DNA of 64,000 bases. It comes from Vulcanimicrobiota bacterium. Its GTDB lineage: Bacteria > Vulcanimicrobiota > Xenobia > Xenobiales > JADMJV01. How positions within the stretch are numbered: the first letter of the stretch is position 1; the number at the start of each line of letters is the position of its first letter. The position numbers were made by a program, and so were the translations under genes. Below are positions 49,737 to 58,673 of the stretch, piece by piece. The notes below the pieces were generated by a model, which worked only from the letters and a program-made list of their open reading frames with translations, did not search any database and was not told the DNA's origin. The stretch lies in NCBI GenBank assembly GCA_050250895.1, contig JBFWNU010000005.1, forward strand, positions 352,001 to 416,000, in the 5' to 3' direction.

Positions 49737-50096
49737 ATGACCCAATTTGCAACACTGGCCGGCACGAACGCCGCGGTCGATCTTCGGACGCCGCGCTCGA
49801 CTTACGATGCGTTCTGCCGTTCGATTCTCCAGGGCAAGACGGAGCAGCTCTGGAGCGTCGTGCACCCGGAACTTCGGTTCCTGTTGCAGCGCCAGTACTA
49901 TCAGATGGGGGAATTCCGTTTCCTTAGCTCTCTTCGCGACTTGGTGGCTGGTGGGGGACTACGTCTATCCCTGGGCAACCCCGAACCGGTAACCTCCGGG
50001 ACGGTCCGTTGCCCCCTGCTCCGCTCCGGCCACCAAGTCGGTCAAGCCAGATTCTCGTTTAGCGAGAACTCCTGGCTCCTCTTCTCTTTAAACTAG
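49737..50096 (+). CDS. Small hypothetical protein (119 aa)
   Basis: GGGAGG RBS and ATG at 49737 (the 3' part of track ORF 49176-50096); TAGTG overlap with the NYN gene. Confidence 0.7.
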   Translation: MTQFATLAGTNAAVDLRTPRSTYDAFCRSILQGKTEQLWSVVHPELRFLLQRQYYQMGEFRFLSSLRDLVAGGGLRLSLGNPEPVTSGTVRCPLLRSGHQVGQARFSFSENSWLLFSLN

Positions 50097-50881
50097 TGGC
50101 CGCAGTAATTACCCCCCGCAACGACGAGGCCAACCTGGCCCTCTTTATCGACTTCGACAACCTCGCCATCGGCGTGCGCCAGTCGGGCTATGACAAATTC
50201 GATATCCATCTGTTGATGAAACGCCTCCTCGAGAAGGGGCGTATTTTATTTCGTCGAGCCTACTGCGACTGGTCGAATTTTCCCGAGTACAAGCGCCCTT
50301 TCCATGAGGCAGCCATCGAGATGTTCGACATCCCTCAGCGCAGCATCGGCGGCAAGAACTCGGCCGACATCCGGATGGTGGTGGACGCTCTCGATCTGTG
50401 CTACACCCGGCCCCACATCGACCTTTTCGTCATCGCCTCCGGCGATTCCGACTTCTCGCCGCTGGTCTCGAAGCTGCGCGAGAACAACAAGCGCGTCATC
50501 GGCGTGGGGGTCAAGAACTCGACTTCAGACCTGCTGGTCGACAACTGCGACGAGTTCGTCTTTTACGAAGATCTCATCCGCGGTCGCCGCGTGACCCACC
50601 ACCTCGACAACCTGCCCAAGAAAAAGCAAGAACTCTTCTCGTTACTTGAAGACGCCGTGCAGGCGCTGCAGCGCCAGAACAAAGAGATCCTGTGGAGTTC
50701 GATGGTCAAGCAGATGATGAAACGCTTGCGGCCGACCTTCGACATGGACTACTTCGGCTATCGCACCTTCTCGAAGCTGCTCGAAGACGCCGAGAAGCAC
50801 AAGGTCGTCAACATCGAGCGCGACGAGCGGAGCGGGTCTTACATCATCCTCGACCTGGGAGAATACGCCCCGGGGGCTTGA
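50096..50881 (+). CDS. NYN-domain protein with C-terminal OST-HTH/LOTUS domain
   Basis: FIDFDN, KNSADIRMVVDA, SGDSDF, CDEF; FDMDYFGYRTFSKLL LOTUS motif. Confidence 0.94.
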   Translation: MAAVITPRNDEANLALFIDFDNLAIGVRQSGYDKFDIHLLMKRLLEKGRILFRRAYCDWSNFPEYKRPFHEAAIEMFDIPQRSIGGKNSADIRMVVDALDLCYTRPHIDLFVIASGDSDFSPLVSKLRENNKRVIGVGVKNSTSDLLVDNCDEFVFYEDLIRGRRVTHHLDNLPKKKQELFSLLEDAVQALQRQNKEILWSSMVKQMMKRLRPTFDMDYFGYRTFSKLLEDAEKHKVVNIERDERSGSYIILDLGEYAPGA

Positions 50882-50902
50882 CCTTGAGAGGTGTGCTCTC
50901 GA

Positions 50903-50935
50903 GGTGAAAACCGCAAAGGCGCTGAGGCGCCGAGG
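50903..50935 (+). repeat. Left 33-nt imperfect inverted repeat of the ATPase cassette
   Basis: GGTGAAAACCGCAAAGGCGCTGAGGCGCCGAGG; 27/33 identical to the reverse complement of 53508-53540. Confidence 0.8.
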
Positions 50936-50995
50936 GGTGGGCGTCTGGGTGAACCGCGGGGGTCCGCGGAGTGGTTGAGGTAGCGTCGGCGCCTG

Positions 50996-51898
50996 CTAGT
51001 CGGGGCACTTCCAGCCAGACTCGGTTCGGAGAGAGCCTTTTTTCTTGGTCGGCACGTGATGAAGGTCGCCGGGTGAACCCTCTTCGGGCGGGGCCCCGAA
51101 TTGAACCACATTGATCTGGTCTAGGCCAATTTGCTGGACCAGGTTTGGGTTAATGATAAAGACATCCCAATGGCGAGTCACGCCCGGGGTATTCGGCGGT
51201 GCCCAGAAATTGTTCAGTCGATCGACGAACACAGGCTTGGATTGATGGGTTGTGACGGCTACGGTGTCTCGCTTCCACCACTTCTCGGCCGGGCAAAAGG
51301 GGCATCGCGCGCCATCAGCCGCCCCGGGCAGGCGCCAATCATAGCGGGTCGTCCACGGTTGTTCTAGGTGGCGGCGGTGATACACGCACGCAATCTCGAC
51401 CGGGTTGGGGGTCCTCGGCTGAAGATACAAGCGCCACCGAAGCGGCTCGTCGAGCACCGTGTCTTTCGCTTGATGTCTCTTGAGGTTGCGACCGAGAACA
51501 GGCTTGCAGAGCAGGAACGGGGTCTTATTTGCTCGGATGAGATGCCAGGCGGCGGCCGCCATCCGGTCGGGCCAATCGCTCGAGAGTCCGGCGCTGCCGA
51601 ACATCGACTTGAATCCCCAGGCAAAGTCGGTTGGTGGGGTCGATTCCGGCTCGGACACCGGAGAAAATTTGGCAGGGGTCCCTACTTTCCGAAACTGGCT
51701 CAAGCGAAGGTCAAGTCGCGGGGATTTCTGTTGTAGGGGGCGGATGAGTTCCAGCCAGAGTGGGTTCCAGTAGTCGGGAACCGCCCAAAGCGTAGCCCCG
51801 ACCGCTCGGAGAAACTGCAGAATGAAGTCCAGGTCCTGACACAGGTCATTTTCATCAGGACTCCCCGCGAAGAAGGCGGGATCCAGTATCGCATTCAC
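50996..51898 (-). CDS. Uncharacterised protein with putative toxin-RNase-like C-terminus
   Basis: GTGA overlap with the ATPase; C-terminal FVDRLNNFW..HWDVF..INV..GDLHH. Confidence 0.75.
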   Translation of the reverse strand: MNAILDPAFFAGSPDENDLCQDLDFILQFLRAVGATLWAVPDYWNPLWLELIRPLQQKSPRLDLRLSQFRKVGTPAKFSPVSEPESTPPTDFAWGFKSMFGSAGLSSDWPDRMAAAAWHLIRANKTPFLLCKPVLGRNLKRHQAKDTVLDEPLRWRLYLQPRTPNPVEIACVYHRRHLEQPWTTRYDWRLPGAADGARCPFCPAEKWWKRDTVAVTTHQSKPVFVDRLNNFWAPPNTPGVTRHWDVFIINPNLVQQIGLDQINVVQFGAPPEEGSPGDLHHVPTKKKGSLRTESGWKCPD

Positions 51899-53439
51899 AG
51901 ATTGGGTTCGTCCGACGGGTCATGAACAATTCTCAACGAAGAATAGTCGGCCGCTGGTTCCTTCGCAAGACTGGCGTAGTAGATGGCTGAGTCTTCTTCA
52001 CTTCCCTCGTCCATAAAGTCGTCCGGCCAGCACTCCAGGCCGCCAGTTGAGGTTAGACGCGACTCCCGTATGGTCGAGTGACCTTGGCAGTCCTGTTCGA
52101 CTTCGTAAATGACGACATTGTTGATCAACCAGGACTCGATTTCACTCTGGGCCGGAGCTCGCGCGACTAGACCGCGCAATCGGCGCACCAGATGGTCGCT
52201 GTGTGTCTCGACGAGAATTCGCCGATTGCTCCGGGCCAGACCTACTAACCAATTCGCCAAACGGCTCTGCACCTTTGGATGCAGGTGGGCTTCCGGTTCT
52301 TCCAAGGCAATGTGCGACACCTGGTTGCAGGCACTTATGTAATCAGGGAGTGGCAGATTCCCGTGAGCCTCAAACCTGAGCGGATCTGCCAGCAGACCTA
52401 GTTCAACCAACGGCAACAGGTAGGTCAACCCCCGTCCGACATGGGGCAGGCTGGCGTTTCCGAATAATAGACGAAAACCCACCTCCTGTACCTCTTCAAC
52501 GCTCAGATCGACATTGATCGAGAGTTCCTTTAGAACGTCGTTGACAGCCTCTACCAACGAACGCTCGTGAACCAGTTCCGGTGGCTCGGCAGTCGGAAGG
52601 GTATAGTGAACCAGATCGTTCTGGCGTCGATGAAGAAGCTGGGCCGCGAGTTCCCCACTCACGCCAATCTCCTGGGGAGCTACGTTGGATGTCTTGTACA
52701 GGCTCGGAGGGGAAGTTCGAATTGAGCCCAGGTATTGAAAACCCGCCAATAAGCGCTTTAGCGCCTCCAGAGGTTGGCTGAAAAGGAGGTGGAACGCATT
52801 GAAATAGGCTCGTTCGCGATCCCTAGGACCAACCTGGCTACGGTCTATCAATAAATACGGGAGAAAATGGTCGAGTTCGACCTCGAGCTTGGCTGTTTCG
52901 ATGTCGCGATACCAACAGCGCCAGCCAGTTTGGATAGACTCAAAGCGGAAGAGCTCCTCTTTCTCGAGCCCCGAAGACAAGCCGATCTCGGAAATCGACG
53001 TAGTGCCGCGAACCTCTTGGGTGTGGAGTCGCAACTTTGACGTCAAGGGGCTGGGGATGTTGTCGAGCCATTCCAATTTGGAGTGCTTCTTGAGATTCGC
53101 GATATCCGGCTGTCGCAACTCCCCTAGCGCCCGGTCCACATCGATCTCGGCCTCCCAACGAAGAGTCATGCTGGGACCATCCACTACATCCCCTGCTTTG
53201 GGCCACCCGGTTGTGAGTTCCCTTAAGTTGAAGGCGCTCAGATAGTTGCCGTCGAGCTGAATTTGAACTTCGGGACGAGGCTCGCTGAGTGTTTGTTTGA
53301 GCAAAAGGAGACTTTGAATAAGGCTGCTCTTGCCGCTATTGTTTCGTCCTAGTAGAACCGTCAATGGAGCCAGACGCATATGAGCGGGCGCAGCGAAGCT
53401 CTTGAACCTTTCGACCTCTAGAGACAAAATCTGACTCAT
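51895..53439 (-). CDS. ABC-type ATPase (AAA_15/AAA_21-like) with DUF3696-like C-terminus
   Basis: FKSF, Walker A GRNNSGKS, Walker B/D-loop LEEPEAHLHP, H-loop ETHSD, C-terminal WPDDFMD. Confidence 0.92.
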   Translation of the reverse strand: MSQILSLEVERFKSFAAPAHMRLAPLTVLLGRNNSGKSSLIQSLLLLKQTLSEPRPEVQIQLDGNYLSAFNLRELTTGWPKAGDVVDGPSMTLRWEAEIDVDRALGELRQPDIANLKKHSKLEWLDNIPSPLTSKLRLHTQEVRGTTSISEIGLSSGLEKEELFRFESIQTGWRCWYRDIETAKLEVELDHFLPYLLIDRSQVGPRDRERAYFNAFHLLFSQPLEALKRLLAGFQYLGSIRTSPPSLYKTSNVAPQEIGVSGELAAQLLHRRQNDLVHYTLPTAEPPELVHERSLVEAVNDVLKELSINVDLSVEEVQEVGFRLLFGNASLPHVGRGLTYLLPLVELGLLADPLRFEAHGNLPLPDYISACNQVSHIALEEPEAHLHPKVQSRLANWLVGLARSNRRILVETHSDHLVRRLRGLVARAPAQSEIESWLINNVVIYEVEQDCQGHSTIRESRLTSTGGLECWPDDFMDEGSEEDSAIYYASLAKEPAADYSSLRIVHDPSDEPNL

Positions 53440-53507
53440 CGACCGTCCGTTCGACGTGTGGCACCACCCCCCTTCGGGCCCGGCTCGGCCGCGGGGCTTA
53501 CCCCAAG

Positions 53508-53540
53508 CCTCTGCGCCTCGGTGTCTTCGCGGTTTGCACC
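53508..53540 (-). repeat. Right 33-nt imperfect inverted repeat of the ATPase cassette
   Basis: Minus strand reads GGTGCAAACCGCGAAGACACCGAGGCGCAGAGG. Confidence 0.8.
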
Positions 53541-53552
53541 GTCGGGCTCAGC

Positions 53553-54584
53553 CTACCAGGGCACAGGCTTGGGGCAGATGGAGTCATAGCCCATCTGATG
53601 CCAGTAGGGATAGGTGGGATGGCGGCGGCTGACCTGGTCGAGGCGCTCGAGTTGGTCGCTCGAGAGCTCCCATCCCACCGCCTCCAGGTTGGCCCGCAGC
53701 TGTTTTTCGTTGCGGGCGCCGACGACCAGGTTGGCTACGGTGGGCCGGGTCAAGAGCCAGTTCAGGGCCACCTGGGGCACGGTCTTGCCGGTCTCTTCGG
53801 CCACCTCGAAGAGGACATCCACCACGGAATAGAGGTATTCGTCGTCGACCTGAGGGCCGCCCACGTCGCCGCCGGATTGGATGCGGCCCTTCTCCATGGG
53901 CTGGCCGCGCCGGATCTTGCCGGTGAGACGAGCCCAGCCGAGCGGGCTCCAGACCATCAGGCCCACCCCCTGGTCAAGGCCCAGCGGCATCAGTTCCCAC
54001 TCATAGTCGCGCCCGATCAGCGAGTAATAACCCTGATAGGCGGCAAAGCGCGTCCAACCGTGCCGGTCCGAGGTGGCCAGGGCCTTCATCACTTGCCAGC
54101 CCGAGTAGTTCGAGCAACCGATGTAGCGCACCTTGCCCGCCCTCACCAGGTCGTCCAGAGCGCGCAAGATCTCTTCCACCGGGGTCTTGGTGTCGGGGCC
54201 ATGCAAGAAATAGAGGTCGATATAGTCGGTGCCCAGGCGTTTGAGGCTGGCCTCGCAGGCCCGGACCAGGTGGTAGCGCGACGAGCCCCGTTCATTGGGC
54301 GTGGGGCCCATGGAGAAGGTCGCTTTGGTCGAGATGAGGGCCTTATCGCGCTTGCCCTTGAGGGCTTTCCCCAGGATGGTCTCCGAGTCGCCGTTGGAGT
54401 AGACGTCGGCGGTGTCGAAGAAATTGACTCCCGCCTCCAGGCAGATGTCGACCAGGCGAGTAGCCTCTTTGACCTCGGTCTTGCCCCATCGCTCGAAGAA
54501 CTCGCCGGTGCCACCAAAGGTGCCGGTCCCGAAACTGAGCACGGGCACATGCAGGCCCGATCTACCTAACTGACGGTATTCCAT
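53553..54584 (-). CDS. Aldo/keto reductase
   Basis: MEYRQLGRSGL, FDTADVY, SLKRLGTDYIDLY, GKVRYIGCSN, WSPL; AAGGAG RBS. Confidence 0.97.
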   Translation of the reverse strand: MEYRQLGRSGLHVPVLSFGTGTFGGTGEFFERWGKTEVKEATRLVDICLEAGVNFFDTADVYSNGDSETILGKALKGKRDKALISTKATFSMGPTPNERGSSRYHLVRACEASLKRLGTDYIDLYFLHGPDTKTPVEEILRALDDLVRAGKVRYIGCSNYSGWQVMKALATSDRHGWTRFAAYQGYYSLIGRDYEWELMPLGLDQGVGLMVWSPLGWARLTGKIRRGQPMEKGRIQSGGDVGGPQVDDEYLYSVVDVLFEVAEETGKTVPQVALNWLLTRPTVANLVVGARNEKQLRANLEAVGWELSSDQLERLDQVSRRHPTYPYWHQMGYDSICPKPVPW

Positions 54585-54678
54585 AGCGCTTCTCCTTAGA
54601 CCCATCGACTACGTGGCCAGGCCCGCGTGGACCTGTCGCAAGGCAGGATACCCCTCCGCCAACCAGAACGGTCCCGGC

Positions 54679-57102
54679 ATGAAATCGCGAGGCTGGGTGT
54701 TGGTAGGCCTTTTTTTGCTTTCGGCATCGGTCCTCGCCTTTCAGGTGTTGCTGACCCGAATCTTTTCCTTTATCACCTGGTATCATTTCGCCTACATGAT
54801 CGTCAGCATCGCCCTGCTCGGCTACGGTTCGGCGGGCATCGCGGTCACGCTCAAGCTCTCACCTGAAACCTCCGAAGCGCGGCTCGAGCAGATGCGCAAG
54901 TGGGCCCTGACTTACGCCCTGGCGGCTCCCGGAGCGGTGATCCTGATCAGCCGTCTCCACTTCTATCCGCTGGCGCGCGGGCTGGATGCCGGCAATCTAG
55001 CCACCCTGTTGATCTATTACACCTCCATCGCGGGGGTGTTGTTTGCGGCCGGGGTGACCGTGGTCACAGGCTTTAAGCTACTGGCCGAAGAGGTGGGCTT
55101 GCTGTATTTCGCCGACCTCTCGGGAGCGGCCTTTGGGTCTTTGATGGTGTTGGGCATCTTGCCCGTCTTCGGAGGCTTCGGCTCGGCTGCCCTGGTGGGC
55201 TTGCTGGGAACGCTATCGTCCCTGGCCCTGGCGGCCGCCTCTGGCAATCCGCGCCGGGGCTTGCTGGGCGCTCTGGCGGCGGGAGCCTTCTGCGGCTGGA
55301 TCATGGTGGCCCACCCATTCGAGTTTCCGGTGAGCGCCAGCAAGAACATCTTCACCTGGCAGAAGCCCTACGAACGCGAGAGCGCGATCGAATGGACCAG
55401 TTGGAATCCCATCGCCCGGGTCGACGTGACCCGCATGCTCGAGTTGCCCATCTTCACCACCGGGGGGGCCATGGGCGCTCCCTATGTCGAGCAGCGGGCC
55501 TTCTATCACGTGGTGATGCAAGACGGGGCCTCGCCCACGGCTATCACCGTGATGGACCGGCCCATCGAGAAGATGGAGTTTCTCGACGGGTATCTGCAGA
55601 CCTGTACCTACATCCTCAACCCGGGGATCAAGCGCGTCATGGCCATCGGTTCGGGAGGCGGCGTCGACATCCTGATCGGTCTTTTTCACGGGGCCACCGA
55701 ACTGGTGGCCGTCGAGATTAATCCCGATATTGCCAACCTCTTGCGCACCCGCTACCGCGACCAGACGGGAGGGCTGGCCTGGCTTTCGAACGTCCAGATG
55801 GTAGTGGCCGAGGGTCGTCACTATATGGCCCGGCCCCAGGACCCCTATGACCTGATTCAGCTCTCGGCCAGCGACACCAACGCGGCCGCCTCGTCGGGTG
55901 CCTTCACCTTCGCCGAGAGCTATCTCTACACCGTCGAGGCGGCCCATCGGGCTCAGTCGCTGCTGCGCCCGGGCGGGCTGCTCTCGTTTTCTCGCTATGC
56001 CGGCGGGCCGCCCAAGGACTCGCTGCGACTGGTGGCCGTCTTGCGTCAGGCCGGCGAGGAATTGGGCCTGCCCGAGGCCCGAGAGCGCACGGTGGTGCTG
56101 TCTTCAGAAACCTGGATCGAGATCGTGGTCGGTCGCGATCCCTTCTCGACCGAGGCCGTCGAGCGACTCCACGAGTGGGCCGGCCGGATGGGCTTTCAGG
56201 TGATTTATGACCCTTTCCACCCGGGCGACACGCCATATCACGCCTTTCTAAAAGCTTCAGGACCCGAGGTCGAAGCCTTTTACGACAGCTATCCCTTCGA
56301 CGTGCGGCCGCCCACCGACGACCGCCCCTTCCTGATGCAATTCTATAAGTTCTCGAACTTGCCGCAACTGTTCTGGGCCCGCAACTTCCCGCTGGCCTGG
56401 ACGGTTCTGTTGGCCAGCCTGGTGCAGATTGGAGGGCTGTCGATCGCCGGCTTGTTGTGGCCGGTGCTCAAAGACCGTCAGAAGCTGCACACCCCGGTGC
56501 CGCAGATGATCCGCTTTTTCATCTACTTTGCCTGTCTTGGTCTGGCCTTCATCGTGGTCGAGGTGTCGATGATGCAAAAGCTCATCGTCTTTCTGGGCGG
56601 CCCCACCCGCTCGTTCGCCGTGACCTTGTTTTCGCTGTTGCTGGCCTCTGGCGTGGGCAGTTATCTGGCCCGCGACAAGAACCCCGATTTCTTGCTCAAG
56701 GTCGGGCCGGCCCTGCCGGTGGTGCTGGTGGTGCTGGCCGGGGTCATTGGTTACATCACCGAGCCTTTGTTGGCTCAGCCGGATCTGGTGCGCTACGTAT
56801 TGAGTGGACTTTTGCTGGCCATCCCCGGCGTGCTGATGGGCATGCCGTTTCCGCTCGGACTCAAGCTGGTCGAATCGGGCTATCCCGACCTGTTCAGCTG
56901 GGCCTGGGCGGTCAACGCCTTCTGCTCGGTGCTGGGGTCGATCCTGACCATCGCCTTTAGCATGGTGCTGGGCTTCGGCAAAGTGCTGGTGCTGGCTGCC
57001 GGTCTCTACGTGGTGGCGCTGGTGATGCTGCGCCAGTTGCTGCCGGTGGTCGCCTCAGGCGAAGGCGGCCAGCAGGTCGTCGAGGCTACCTTGCCCTCGT
57101 AG
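54679..57102 (+). CDS. Integral-membrane SAM-dependent (spermidine-synthase-like) protein
   Basis: TM blocks flanking IGSGGGVD, AVEINP, AEGR, ESYLYTVEA, PTDDRPF; WAWAVN near the C-terminus. Confidence 0.9.
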   Translation: MKSRGWVLVGLFLLSASVLAFQVLLTRIFSFITWYHFAYMIVSIALLGYGSAGIAVTLKLSPETSEARLEQMRKWALTYALAAPGAVILISRLHFYPLARGLDAGNLATLLIYYTSIAGVLFAAGVTVVTGFKLLAEEVGLLYFADLSGAAFGSLMVLGILPVFGGFGSAALVGLLGTLSSLALAAASGNPRRGLLGALAAGAFCGWIMVAHPFEFPVSASKNIFTWQKPYERESAIEWTSWNPIARVDVTRMLELPIFTTGGAMGAPYVEQRAFYHVVMQDGASPTAITVMDRPIEKMEFLDGYLQTCTYILNPGIKRVMAIGSGGGVDILIGLFHGATELVAVEINPDIANLLRTRYRDQTGGLAWLSNVQMVVAEGRHYMARPQDPYDLIQLSASDTNAAASSGAFTFAESYLYTVEAAHRAQSLLRPGGLLSFSRYAGGPPKDSLRLVAVLRQAGEELGLPEARERTVVLSSETWIEIVVGRDPFSTEAVERLHEWAGRMGFQVIYDPFHPGDTPYHAFLKASGPEVEAFYDSYPFDVRPPTDDRPFLMQFYKFSNLPQLFWARNFPLAWTVLLASLVQIGGLSIAGLLWPVLKDRQKLHTPVPQMIRFFIYFACLGLAFIVVEVSMMQKLIVFLGGPTRSFAVTLFSLLLASGVGSYLARDKNPDFLLKVGPALPVVLVVLAGVIGYITEPLLAQPDLVRYVLSGLLLAIPGVLMGMPFPLGLKLVESGYPDLFSWAWAVNAFCSVLGSILTIAFSMVLGFGKVLVLAAGLYVVALVMLRQLLPVVASGEGGQQVVEATLPS

Positions 57103-57750
57103 CCCCGGGCGAGTATCGCCCGAGCCGATCCACCAGGCGCCCATCCCGAGTTCTAGAGCCGGCTCCATGTCGTTGCTCCAGTCATCACCCACCATCAGCG
57201 CCGCCTCGGGGGCGCAGTCGATCATCGTCAGAATCTCGCGATAGTAGGCCAGGTGTGGTTTGGTGCTGTGCATATTGTCATAGGTGGTGACCAGGTCGAA
57301 TCGCTCCTGACCGAGGCCGGCCCAGGCCAGGCGATGTTCGATGGCCAGCTGCGGAAAGATGGGGTTGGTGGCCACCACCACCTGCCGGCCGGCGGCCTGG
57401 CAGGCCCTTACCAGAGCGAGAGCGGCGGGACGCGGTTGGGTGTGTTCGCGCAGGCGGGGAAAATCGTTCTGATAGAAGCTGACCAGTTCTCGCTCGAGGG
57501 AGTCGACGCACAGGTCGGTGTTGCGCTCGCGAAAGACGCGCCAGAAGACATCCCGGTTAGTGGTGGCCGGGTCCAGGTCGGTCATGGCCGCCCGGGTGCA
57601 GGCCATCAGTTCGCCCAGAAAACGCTCGGTGGGCATGTGCCGGGCCGCGAAGGTGCCCAGCAGGCCAAAATAGGCGGGCAGAAACCGCTCCATCGAGTTG
57701 CCCAGCAGAGTGTCGTCGAGATCGAGCAGGATGGCGCGATAGTTACGCAT
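57055..57750 (-). CDS. HAD-superfamily hydrolase
   Basis: DLDDTL, ATNP, KP, MVGDDWSND. Confidence 0.95.
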   Translation of the reverse strand: MRNYRAILLDLDDTLLGNSMERFLPAYFGLLGTFAARHMPTERFLGELMACTRAAMTDLDPATTNRDVFWRVFRERNTDLCVDSLERELVSFYQNDFPRLREHTQPRPAALALVRACQAAGRQVVVATNPIFPQLAIEHRLAWAGLGQERFDLVTTYDNMHSTKPHLAYYREILTMIDCAPEAALMVGDDWSNDMEPALELGMGAWWIGSGDTRPGLRGQGSLDDLLAAFA

Positions 57751-58627
57751 GGCCCGGATTCTCCAGGGGCTGAAAGCCGCCTCCGTAGGCCTGATGAGAA
57801 ACTCCGATGGTGAGGAAGGCGGTGGGGTCGACCTGGCTGACGGTGTGCTTGAGATCGTTGACCTGGGGCCGATTGACCGTGCACATCACCATGCCTCGCT
57901 CTTGCTTGCTAAAGCCACCCACCACTCTCCAAAAGCTGGCTCCCCGGCCGAGGTGTTGGATTAGCGCCTCGGTCACTGCTTCAGGCTTGGCGGTGACGAT
58001 GGTGGCCGTGCGCACCGCGCTGGGCCCTTCCAGCACGTAGTCCGAAGCCAGGCCGTTGAGAAACAGCGTCAGCATGGCCACCAGCGCAGCCTCCCATCCC
58101 ATCAGCAGGCCGGCCAGGATGATGATGCCGCCATCAGTGTAAAGATAGATGGAGGAGAGGGGAATACCCCATTTTTGCTGCAAAATCCGGCCCAGCACGC
58201 CGGTTCCGGCCAGTGAGCCGCCCGCCCCAAACACGATGCCCAGACCCACCCCGCCGACGACGCCGGCATAGATCGAACTCAGCAGCAGGTCGTCGCTGAG
58301 CGGAAAGCTCTCTAAATGGCTGGGGGCCCAGGCCAGCATGAAATCGGAGCCAAAAGAGAAGATGGTGACTCCGTAGACGGTCTTGGTGAGAAATTGCCAA
58401 CGGCCCAGATACTTATAGCCGAGGGCCATCAGGGGAATGTTCATGATCCAGATCATCGTGCCGACCGGCCAGTCGACGTAGCGGTGGATCAAGATGGCGA
58501 TACCGCTGACTCCTCCGGCGGCGATGCCGTGGGGCACCTGAAACAGGGCGTAACCCATGGCCGCGATCAGAGAGCCGATGGTGATGACGATGTACAGGCG
58601 CAGTTCGCGCCGCCACGACTCTTTCAT
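57743..58627 (-). CDS. YitT family membrane protein
   Basis: GGVSGIA, NIPL, GGSLAG, RGAS, DPTAF..GGGF. Confidence 0.92.
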   Translation of the reverse strand: MKESWRRELRLYIVITIGSLIAAMGYALFQVPHGIAAGGVSGIAILIHRYVDWPVGTMIWIMNIPLMALGYKYLGRWQFLTKTVYGVTIFSFGSDFMLAWAPSHLESFPLSDDLLLSSIYAGVVGGVGLGIVFGAGGSLAGTGVLGRILQQKWGIPLSSIYLYTDGGIIILAGLLMGWEAALVAMLTLFLNGLASDYVLEGPSAVRTATIVTAKPEAVTEALIQHLGRGASFWRVVGGFSKQERGMVMCTVNRPQVNDLKHTVSQVDPTAFLTIGVSHQAYGGGFQPLENPGHA

Positions 58628-58673
58628 ACCACGCCCTTCGCAGATTGCGGGCCGGGGCCTGCTAGCAGCGGCT

